The notes beneath the pieces are model-generated. The model saw nothing but the letters and a program-made list of their open reading frames with translations, did not search any database and had not been told where the DNA came from. Positions 21,742 through 32,246 of a stretch of DNA of 64,000 bases are shown here, piece by piece. The stretch is from assembly GCA_046563655.1 (NCBI GenBank), contig CM102283.1:5642001-5706000 (forward strand), in the 5' to 3' direction. A program made the position numbers and the translations under genes. Source of the stretch: Yuukianura sp. NJ FZ-2021. Lineage: Eukaryota. Within the stretch, counting starts at the first letter, position 1; each line of letters begins with the position of its first letter.

Positions 21742-22333
21742 AAAAGGATTATACGACTCAGACACAGAGTGTGAGTTTTGCTGGCCTGCCTACCACTTTC
21801 TTGCGTGCGACAAAGCAAAAAAGTGACAAACAGGCTAGAGAAGAACTTCAGTCGATCCCAAGCTATAGTTTATTTCGTAAAGCGAGGCAAAGGTTTCCTA
21901 CGCGGAAAACGATTGTTCCCACGCTTCATTTTAGTTATGGAGCAGACTTGATGTCAGTCCAAAATGTTAGGACTGACTGTAGTTAACATGTAAACAAAGG
22001 AGTTCAGTGCATTCTACTTGTTGTGGACTTGGTTTCGCGTGTTCTTAACACGGCGCTACTCAAAACAAAAAACCAGCATCACGTAGAGGCTGGACTACGT
22101 AGCTGCTTCACTGCCATGGGCCAGTATCCAAAGTTTCTATTGGTAGACCAGGTGTTGGCATTACTTTTTTTTTATCCTCAAGGCTACTTTTAGAGTCTAC
22201 TGAGTCTACTAAAAGCTGATTCTCTTAGGGTGGCGAATTTTACAACAAAACTGTCGAGAGTCTGTTGAAGAAGCAGCGTTTGTGAGCGTCTTAACCAAAC
22301 GCTGAGGTTAAAGCTGAGCCGAATTAGTAGCTA
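21714..22333 (+). pseudogene. Polinton/Maverick-type DDE integrase, intron-containing, degraded
   Basis: LEKDY…SFAG…YSLFRKARQRFPTRKTIV…YGADL…NKGVQCILLVVDLVSR…LKTK…PKFLLVDQ|GGEFYNK…CERLNQTL. In-frame TAA at 21984. Phase-0 GT-AG intron 22152-22228. Deletion and frameshift before the catalytic Glu. Confidence 0.8.
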
Positions 22334-23231
22334 GATAGAAATAGAACGGACTTTTGTGACTAGCCCGGTCCAAAGTCCATTTGCAAAATCGGACAGCTGC
22401 ACAATATCCTTCAATGCCAGATTAATTAATAGCAATTAAGCCTAATTAATTTTTTCTACAAGACTAATTAAGCCTTTAATTGGTCATTTCCGGTCTCCGA
22501 CCATTTCCGAAACCACAATTAAATTCTATCCCGCCAAAACCCATCAGCGAAAACCTTCGCGCCAAATTTAAACTTTTTTTTCCTTTCAGAGAAAAAACTC
22601 TCCCGCTAAAACACTGCTTACTTGGATGTGCTTTTTGAAGTGATTCAAAAGAAAAACTTTGTCTGAAAACCTCTTCCAGAAAATATCCTCAACATCAGTT
22701 TATTTTCAATTTTGGAATTCTGAGAAAATAAGATGGAGTATTAGAAATAAAAATAGAAGGTTTCCTCGTAACGATCTTCATGCCAATCTCTATCGCGTTC
22801 ACTCATTGACTTGAGTAAGGGAAGCTGTCTATTTTCTAGCAGACTCCATGGCTTTGCGATTTGATACAACAAATGTTCCGTAATGAATGCAACCAATGTC
22901 GCTGAGCTTCTGACTTTTTTTTATAGCAATTAGAGCGTCCATGTCCACAGTAATTGGACGATTGGCGTTTGCCATTAGCTTTCGAGCAAAACCCTCCCAG
23001 TTTTGACTGTAAAATGGCTGCATTCCAGCCAACAAGGGAAGAAACACGCCCTCCTATTTTTTAAAAATTAGCAACAAGAAAATATTTATACAAATTCCAA
23101 TTGAAAAAAAATTGAGTTACTACTTACCGTTCCAACATATGTGGCCTGAGCCAACGGCAAATCTTTGGATGGCATCATGCTAGCACCGGCTAACTCCATG
23201 ATGCTACTATTTCCGTCCAGAGTTGGCGTTA

Positions 23232-23811
23232 AGGCTATTTCGCACTTACAATGAACGTGGCAGCGATATTGCTGTACATCGAAATTGGCATCAAAATTGG
23301 TAGTGTGAAATACAAATTTTCATGCCACCAATATTGGTGCAAACCTTGCGCCAATATTGCTGCTGCACTTTTCTGGATTCGATTTTCGAATCCGAAAAGG
23401 TGCTGCAGGAAAATTGCCGTTCTATGATTGGCTCACATTGTTCCCGCTCACAATTCAAATTGTGAAACCGAGTTTCGTCTCAAGTTGTTTCCACTTCTGT
23501 CACTTATCATTTGAAACTCGGATTCCAATAACGAAAATAACTAACTCATGTTAATTAGTAAGGAACTAATTAACGTTCTAAGTAAGTTGACGAATAAAAG
23601 TCATAATAATTAAACACTATTTGATTCATTCTAAGAATAACGTCCCAAATAATTGTTTAACTTATTCGCCTCGTCCCATATGTTTTGTGGCAATATTGCT
23701 GTCATTCAAATTGGTAGTGTGAACGATCACCCAAATTCAGTGACTTTGAAATTGGCCAATGAAAATGCCAGGAATATTGTTGGCACGTTCATTGTAAGTG
23801 CGAAATAGGCT
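23232..23811. mobile_element. MITE, PIF/Harbinger-type (TTA target duplication)
   Basis: ~40-bp TIRs AGGCTATTTCGCACTTACAATGAACGTG / CACGTTCATTGTAAGTGCGAAATAGGCT, flanked by TTA on both sides. Confidence 0.85.
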
Positions 23812-23989
23812 TTACTACTCGAATGTTTCGTGACATTGCTTCCAAACTGTTCAGAATATTTTGGGAATGCTGTTTCTCAGGAACTGTATATATTCCTTGG
23901 ATACTTTTGTACAACTTCCAAAACAACACTAAAGCTTCCAAAAACAAAACTGAAAAATTCGTTTGGCTAACGCTCTGAGTATCAACTTG

Positions 23990-24292
23990 CATTTCCGCCA
24001 CAGTATCAAGTTGATGCAGCGTCTTTGAATTATCAACATCCTGTCAGAAACACCTGAGGCCGAGGGTTTTCACTAATTCTTTTTTATTTAAAACAAGCTA
24101 ACATCCCAGCCTTCCATAGCTGGAGATCTAAAAAATTTCCAAAAAGAAAACTGAAAACTTCCATTTGACTAATGCTCACATTATCAAGATACATTTCCGC
24201 CACATTATCAAGTTGTTGCAGCGTCTTTGAATTAACAGCATCCTCTCAGAAACTGCTGTGGCCTAATTTTTTTTTATTTAGAACAAGCTAAC
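23990..24292. repeat. ~100-bp imperfect direct duplication (about 23990-24103 and 24192-24292)
   Basis: catttccgccaca.tatcaagttg.tgcagcgtctttgaatta…aacaagctaaca occurs twice. Confidence 0.8.
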
Positions 24293-25529
24293 ACTTCTGG
24301 AGCTAGATTATTATAAAAAACTAGCTAACATATTGGAACTGGATGAATATAAAAAACTAGCTAACACATAGCCATTCGAATTTTGTGTGAAAACCCCCAC
24401 GGGTCATGTTCTGGTGATAGTGTTATGGCCGTAACAGGATCTATCGTGGCATCATTTGTCCCATGGGTAGTGACTGCTGAGCTACTCGTGTTTTGTTGGT
24501 TTCCGAATCGCAGGAAGTGTTGAACCAGACTTGTTAGACACGGCTTCCAACTTCCTAGCTGTTTTCGGTCTTTAGCCTTCCGCTTCGGTCGAAGTTTTTT
24601 CGCCTTCACTCGTTCGGCTTACTCGTCGTCAGTTTCCATGCGTCTACTTATGGAAGTTAGCGCGCTTGATTAACCTTCCCGTTGCTTCTTTCGGATTTAA
24701 ATTTTTAGGCGTTGGTAGAAACAGTGACAACGGTGAAGTTGGAGTTGTCATAGGCGGTGGAATTGGAATTGAGAGATAAGTGGAGTGAGATGATGATGGG
24801 CTGGTCTCCGGTTGACCTCGACCTTTCTTTTTTCTGAGTCTGGATCAGTAAGTAGATGCGTTTCTTCACAACTGGCAATTTTCATGATCTCACCGTCATC
24901 TTCCTCCGCAATGTTTATATTTTTGTCAATTTCCATTACTGCAGGTGATAGACCTGTACATAAAGAATTGACAGTTATGTACCCTCCCCTTCTAACCCCC
25001 GTTCCCCTTCTATAGGTACCCCCTTCCAGTGATCCCTCTCGGTGACCTTTGTTCGAATAGTAGGGGGCCTTCACTGGTCCCCTTCTGTTCTACGCCGGAA
25101 GACCCAGAGATCATCTCTTTGGTTTGCCTTGTCCGGCATGGAGAAACTGTGGTCGAAATATCAGGATACTTTGCTAAGTAATTAATCGTTCTACTTATCA
25201 CTACTCTGTGTCTGATGAGGTCCTCTTCACGTAGTGGGTAGTTTCTTGTCGATCTTTGAGCGATTAGTTGATTAATTAATCAATTAAGTCTCAAGCTTAA
25301 TTTCTTTTACACATTCTCTCTTCGAGTTTCCCCGCTCGCGCCAATTGGTTTCGCACCAATGGCGTGCTACCCAGATTTTTTTTTACAAATATTTTAGCAT
25401 GTCCTGAATCATGATTTCATATCATCAATTCTTTTGGCCTTCGTGATACTGTCTTGCGTTGTTGTTGCATGGTCATCCGCGCCCGCACTTTAGTATATCA
25501 GTGCATCTAATCTATATTACAAAAACCTC

Positions 25530-26130
25530 TCAACCCCTCTGTCTTGTTGTCCTCTCCACATATGGTCCATCCGGTGGTACGATGTAAAACGCTGCACCAG
25601 ATTTCCCGTCAATACGTGAACCGTCAGTGTAGCAGTTTATCGCATCACTAGGAGGACCACGTTTTGCCCGTTCCTTCCACTGCTTCCTCGAGATCACTTC
25701 TATCTCAAAGAATCTCTTAGTCGGCAGTATGTTATATCTCTCGCAAGGAAATCCCATTTCTGGGATATCGCATGCTAATGATTCGCAGATTTGTGCGTGA
25801 GTTTGGGTCTTCAGAAAGTTGACCCTAGCGGGAATCCAGTCACTAGAGATTCTAAGCCGGTACATGGTCCGGAGTGCAACCTCCTTAAGATGATGTCTAG
25901 CGGTCTTAGGTTCAATAGAGCCTCCATGGCTGCTGTCGGTGTAGATTTCATCACTCCGAAAGTCGCCAACAGGGCAGCTCTTTGAACCTTGACCAGAGGT
26001 TTTATGGTATTGGGTTTATGAGCAGCCTCTGTCCAGACCAGCCCACCATAGGTTATGGCTGGTCTAACTGTGGCCTCGTTAATCCAGTGTGTGTACTGTG
26101 GGAAGGCCCTTTCGTTTTTCCAATAGCGCG
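25530..26130 (-). mobile_element. Non-LTR retrotransposon fragment (post-RT region and start of RNase H; R1/LOA-like)
   Basis: VRPAITYGGLVW…VQRAALLATFGVMKSTPTAAMEALLNLRPLD, then a frameshift to …CYTDGSRIDGKSGAAF. Truncated at both ends. Confidence 0.85.
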
Positions 26131-28127
26131 TTAGGTCAGTAATTGAATACCTGTATGAAATACCGGTAGATTTAAGAAATTAAGAAATCAACTATGTTCT
26201 TTAGACAACAATTTTTTCTAGTCTTTAATCGTTAATTCACATAGCACCAAACTCTCCCTCTCATTTTATATGATTGTAAGCACCGTCAATCCCGATCATG
26301 AGGCCTTCAAATGGAGAATAGCTCTACATCAAACGAAAGTCAAATTAAAACAAAATATAACAATTCAACAACTTTCACATGACTTGCACAAGTACTTACA
26401 TGTATTCACAACATCAGTTTTACGAATTTCGCCAAGTTTTGAAGTTGTGGTTATACTATTTCAAAAAATCAAATTTTTTAAAATAAAACGTTCCATTCTT
26501 TCTGGAAAAGTATAACATTCAAAATTCAATAACGCTTACCTTAAACAAATAATCAGAATTAGGATTTATAAGTTTCTGAATCCCATGAATTTTCCAAATA
26601 CGGCTGGGAGAAATCACGGTGTAAAGAATTCGAGTGATGGCCCATAGCAAAAACAAACTCCAGCAATTTCAAAAAGGCGGGTTTTTAACATTTTGGCTGC
26701 CAGTCTCTGTAAAAATATTTATACACAAGTTAACAGGTTAGATCAAATTAACAGACCTAACCTAACAAAAGACTTAAGTCGCAAAGAGGTTGCGACTAGG
26801 TCCCAAGAACTCGCGACCATAATACAACTGGGTGCGACCAGATCGCAAAGGTGTGCGATTGGTCAAAAATTTAGTTGCTGATTACTTAGTAGTGGCACTT
26901 CTCAACTACTGAATAAATGGTGTATGATTTTAACTTAAGTCGCAGTGCCGCCCATCTGCGACTGTAATTTATTAATTTTATGACCAAAAACGGTTACTGG
27001 TCTATTAGATTCTCGTAAAACAAGTCCAATTGTCTCTCTCTCACTCCACTTTTTTCCAAGTCTCACTTCGCCCCTGTTTCCAGTCTTATAGATTTGGTTC
27101 CCTTCGTTTACTGTAGGTCCCATGAACTTTCACCTTCTTTGCTTTTCTCCACTGGGACTTTAGACTGTGGCCCGGTGGAGTGAGACTGTTCTAGTAATAA
27201 ATTTACTCTAGCATTGTTGGAATTACACTGTGGATGAGCTCTCCTTTGTTCAAAAAACTTTGAAAATTTTTCACCTCCCAAGATTGCGTTTCAGCTCCTG
27301 ACAAACCCCTTCTACACATAATGTTGTTTTCTGAATATTGAGAGGATGGCATCTGGAAAAAACCGTAGGCCCCGCCTCTTCCAGAAGTAACCTTCTCCAA
27401 TCCTGGCAGGTGTGAAATAATGAACTCAAACACAGAAACACCAAACTTGGTGGCAGTATAGTTTAATAGCGCTGTTCGCCCTGACAGAGAGTACCCTTGA
27501 CACTTCCTACTGATGGGGGTCATCCCCCCGAAGATGGGGATGACCCCTAGGTCAACTGTGACTGGCTGTTCGTAGAGCAGTGAAAGAAGGAATATGCTAC
27601 CCAAGACGAATGACTCCCCTAAATGAGCACGCGCCCCTGTTTATATACCATCGACTGCCATGGTCACTTTCCCCTCCACTCCACTCTCCTCTGTGGTGTG
27701 CTGTGAGTATGGATTCCAATGCAAGTGCATGGGAATCCATGCTCACAATTCTCCCCCACCGAAGTAAAAAGTGTCTCAGGCATGCCTCTCATGTATGTAT
27801 ACACGGTCTATACAGATCCCTGTGTCCTATAACTTATGTGCCATTTTCTGTGAGCTTTGCAAAATTTTCTCTTCGATTTTTGTGAATTATGAAATTTTTT
27901 TGTATGATTTTCGCTTAACCTAAATAAATTTATAATCCCAACACCTTAATATAATTGTAGAAGTATACCTAGACAGAGAAACTGAAATACAACTGAAGGA
28001 AAGAAAGACAGAAAGGAATTAACAATTAGCACTAGTACATCTTTCAAGTTAGTAAGTAAAATTCGAGTAACTTATACAAAAAATGTGAGATTGGCTACTT
28101 GTTATTGTAGTGTTGTGCTGTACGTGA

Positions 28128-28758
28128 GTGTCACCTAGAGTGTCACCTTTCTTCCTAATGTACGGTCGAGAAGCTAAACTACCAGCTTTAGCGCTACTCC
28201 CGGAATATACGGCATGCCAAGAGGTCGAAGACCTTCAGAAGAGGATTTCTGAGGCCAGACTGCTAGCGAAAGCACACATCGAGGAGGAGCAAGAAAAATA
28301 CGCCAATAGGGTCAACTCAAAATTGACGCCGCCTCCGGAGTTTGAAATTGGATCCGAAGTCGTCATTCGAAAATTTGCAAAGACTTTCAGTTAAACTCAT
28401 GGAGTACTTCAGTGGACCCTACAGGGTGATGGAAAAGAGGTCACCAGTTAACTATGTCGTGGAATATGGAGATGGTAAGACGAAACATCGCAAAACTGTC
28501 CACGTCGACAAAATGAAACCATATTCAAGAAGGGAATAAAATGAATTGCATTCTGTCCAACCTAATCAGGCCAACAATTCCGTTTGCAATGCTCAAGGAA
28601 CATCGGAAAATCTAAAAACTCCGAACGAGACAAATTCCAAAAAATTGCCGAAGAGAGGCAAGAAGGAGCATATTTCAACGCCAGTGGAAGCTTCAGAGGA
28701 ACCTCAGTGTCGTTATAACTTGCGCAGCAGAAGACCTAATCAAACCCAAGCACAATAA
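28128..28758 (+). pseudogene. pol: Gypsy integrase C-terminal fragment
   Basis: SPFFLMYGRE…FEIGSEVVIR, frameshift, then FSGPYRVMEKRSPVNY…VHVDKMKPY (GPY/F motif). After an in-frame stop comes an RYNLR tail. Confidence 0.9.
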
Positions 28759-28832
28759 AATCAACAAGTACAAAAATCTTCAAATCGAATTCGAATCAAT
28801 TTTCTAAATCACGAAATTTGGAAATTCAAGAA

Positions 28833-31365
28833 ATGAATCGGCCAACCAGGTTTGGGAGTTTTGAAGGGACCAGGCGTAGAACGGAAGGCAACTCATCCGG
28901 GGAAGAAAGTGGACCACCAAGGGACGATCCACCGGCTTACGAGGACGAGGGACTCTACGTCCCTCCTCACCGGAGAAGTGTAATTGGATCTGGACGTGAA
29001 GGTGGGCGTGTAGTACGACGTCCAGTGCGTGACAATTTAGTGATTGTGAGTGGACCGCAAGGTCGGAGAGTGATCCGTACACCGGGCCGAGTGCCGTGCC
29101 AGGTACATTCGGAAAACCGGGAGCGGACCGAAAGAGCCGGGTACCGGACGTGGTACTTACGACTCGGACCAGGACGACGGATGAAGGCAAGAAACTGCTT
29201 CAATCACTGGATGCGTGAAGGAGCCCCCAAATGTAAGAAACATGATAAGTTTGTTTGTTGGCATTGCCACAATTGGAAAAAGTTATCACCGGAGGAAAGA
29301 AAGGCGGCCGCCGAAGCAAGACGTAGCGGTCCCGGAAATCCTCGTACCCCACAAACGGAGAAGTCGACCTCCGGAAGTGGAGGGTCATGGAGCCGCTACT
29401 TCCTAGCACTATTCCTCGTGCTGACACTGTTGGCGACGATGATCGCAGGAGCCAGCGGTGGAGAAATGGAACTCAAGCTTTCCAACGGAATTCTAAAGAA
29501 AAAATTGAGCGCCTGGGGATACGAAGAGTCGTTCCCCCTCATATTTGACATGGATCTTCCCGGGAATCAAGAGTTCAACTTTAAAGAAAAACCCGAGGAT
29601 CCACTCCAGAAGCAAATTCAAGAAGCCATGCAGCAAATGAATCCCTGGATGAGGTCTTTGAACCCACACTTGGAAGAAACGGAAGCTCGGTCTAAACGAC
29701 AACTGAACTTCATAGGCGATTTCTACCATTGGTGTTGCGGGGTAGTCGCCCATGATCAATTAACAGAAATCCAACAAGAAGACAGAAGATTGGAGACGAT
29801 GGCGGCAAATTTCAAGAGCAATTTGGACCAAGATCACGCTGACATTGTACGAGTAATGCAGATTGTCAACAACTACAGTGCCAATGTGGATTTTGTGATG
29901 TCCCAAGAACAAGAAATGACCAGGAAGAACACAGTCAGACTTGTCAAGGACAACGAAGCTCTGGCAACAACTCTGACCCACCATAGCAAAAATTTCATTA
30001 CCATGTTTACGGCCCTTCAGAAGGTCATCACCACTGGAACTTGGAGAACCAGCATCTTGGAATGCAGGGAGGGGTACATTCCTAACCTTCTAGTGACCCC
30101 AGAAATCCTGGAAGCGGAGCTGGCGATATTGGCTACTAAGGTCAAGGCATTCAACTTGGAGCCCATCATAAGCAGTGACCACGCCCACCTTTACTACGAA
30201 CTTAAAATAGCCAAGTGCTCCTATTCAAAAACGAAACTTGTAATAACAATCCGAGTTCCGCTGAAACCAACCGGAAGCAGCTACGAGTTCTACGAGTTGA
30301 ACCCCACACCGTACTTGCTTCGGGGAAGCATTTGTCAACTAAATCTTGAGGTGACTAGAGTGGTAAAATCCAGCAACGGATTAATCCCACTACCGGAATC
30401 TCAGAGGAGTGGGTGCGATATCCCTAAGGATCGGTTGTGCCACGTTCCAGTGGCCCCACCAAGAATGAATCAACCCAGTTGCATCGCTGCCCTCATGCAG
30501 GAACAATCAAACTACACTGACATCAACCGGAAGTGCCTAGTTAAGTGCGAGGACCACGATGGAGCGACAAGAGTGACAGCGGCCGCACGAAACGCCTACG
30601 CCATCATCAATACAAACGAAACTTTAATCATCAAGTGCCCCGATTCGGCGGAGGACATCGAGAGGATGGGAGATGTGGGAGTTAGGTTTGTCAAATTGAA
30701 ATGCCACTGCGAGGTTTTCGGTGGTAACGGGAAGAAACTAATTCCGGCCCACTTTCCCTGTCCGGCAACAGAATCAAACAACTCAATCCATCACGAAATC
30801 CCAGGGATCTGGTCGAAGGCAATGGATACAGGAGTCAGGGACCTGACTCACGAAAATCTCACCGATATCCTGGATGAGGACTGGCATCATCACATTAATC
30901 ACCTAAACATGACCTCAAGCCCACCACCATGCCAGTGACAGTGGATTCCATTCCATACTTTGAGGCCACCACGCACTACGCGATTCTTGGAAATGTGATC
31001 AATCTCGTATTAATCCTGTGGGGGGTATGGGTGACGTGGATGTTGCTCAAACCTAATTGGATGGGCCTCCTAGCCGCTCTCCCTGGGGTCAGGGGTCATT
31101 CGGACGACACCCACCTGGCTGTGGAGATTGCGGATGACCTCATCTTAATCCTCATTTGGACGACTATGGTACTCTGTTTCATCATCCTGTTCATTTTGGA
31201 AATCTAAGAAACAAAAGAAGGAGCGGAGTTCGAGAGGCCCCACCACCGCCATCGGCCCCACCGGTCCGATACCGGCCGAGGACACATAATCCGGCTTTGA
31301 CACAGTCCCAACCGAATTTAAACCGAACCATCGTTATAACAGAAGAAGACGACCTCATCTATTGA
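28833..31365 (+). CDS. env: Envelope/fusion glycoprotein-like ORF, two frameshifts near the 3' end (~30930, ~31200)
   Basis: Internal signal-like segment YFLALFLVLTLLATMIAGASG. Furin site RSKR followed by QLNFIGDFYHWCCGV (fusion-peptide-like). Heptad region, Cys-rich region, NxS/T sites, and TM segments in the 30929-31207 frame. Located between integrase and PPT. Confidence 0.85.
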
Positions 31366-31694
31366 AAATTCGAAATCTGGACTTCGGAAACTCCCCAAGG
31401 ACTACAACCTTACGAAATCAGCACTGGAGTGAATCTACGAATGGGTGACATTAGATCTAATCGGCTAATACATGATAATTCAAATATTTCATAATTTTAA
31501 GTACTAGAGATTTTAGTCTAACTTTCTTTCCCCTGGTATAGAAATGGTGGAGGTCACTTTCCTGTGTCACTTTCTCACATTCATTCATTCGTCATTCATA
31601 CGGAATCCGGGAAGGTGAGAAAGGAGGAAGGAGGCCTCTACAAAAGAACAGACTAGTACCAGTTTCGGTATTCCCCCCGGGGGGGGGGGGGTAC

Positions 31695-32246
31695 TGACCT
31701 AGCGTTGGTACCAACATGTTCCTCCCGGGCACGGAAAACGGAAGGGATGCGCCAAGAATACTTCCAGAACTCGTGACTCATGCCAATCAAAAATCAAAAT
31801 TAGATCTTGTTCAGAATCCAAACCTTCTGTTCACCGCAATTCATCTAAAGAAAAAAACAGTTTAGCTTTTTAGAATATTTTGAAATAGATGTTACTTAAT
31901 ACTAGAAATGTGAAACTTATCTGATAGATAATGTAAGATATAAGACGTAAGTGATGAAGGTAGATGTAAGTCAGAACGTTTCCTGGATTTCGGTTGAACT
32001 AATTAGGAAGTTTCAGTTTTACTTCTGTTTCACTTCAATTTGGCTTTTGAAAATGTCTTTTGTCTCCTTAGTTAATATAGCACTATAGCTAAAATATGAT
32101 TCAGAGGTGCAGTAGCTCCTCTTTTGTTGTGTTGGGAGTGTTACACACACACTTTCAGTACAAGGGCATTGTATGCCCTTGCACTGAGAGTGAGTGTGTG
32201 TGTGAGTGGATCTTCAATAAAGTTAGTTGATACGCAGCATCCAACA
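31695..32246 (+). repeat. Putative 3' LTR of the env-bearing element
   Basis: Begins TG just after the G-run PPT, contains a long hairpin and AATAAA, ends in CA. Single copy in the window. Confidence 0.55.

Larger units (their letters stand above)
28128..32246 (+). mobile_element. 5'-truncated env-bearing Ty3/gypsy-type element: integrase tail, env, PPT, putative 3' LTR
   Basis: Integrase C-terminus, env-like ORF, G-run PPT at 31679-31691, then ~550 bp with AATAAA (32216) ending CCAACA (32246). A short duplication (gagtgtcacct twice) marks the truncation point. No partner LTR is present, so the right boundary is inferred. Confidence 0.8.

Noticed and set aside
21965-21988. 24-bp TGTTAG…TAACA stretch in the integrase resembling a collapsed LTR
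   Set aside because: Too short and no target duplication; chance cannot be excluded.
22365-27168. Possible TIR pair (ccggtccaaagtcc / ggactttagactg) bounding a 4.8-kb element; unassigned ORF fragments at 22829-25200 and 27203-27604
   Set aside because: Only a short imperfect match with no TSD, and the fragments match no family I recognise.
28804-30781. Minus-strand ORFs overlapping env
   Set aside because: Antisense shadows of a GC-richer coding sequence.
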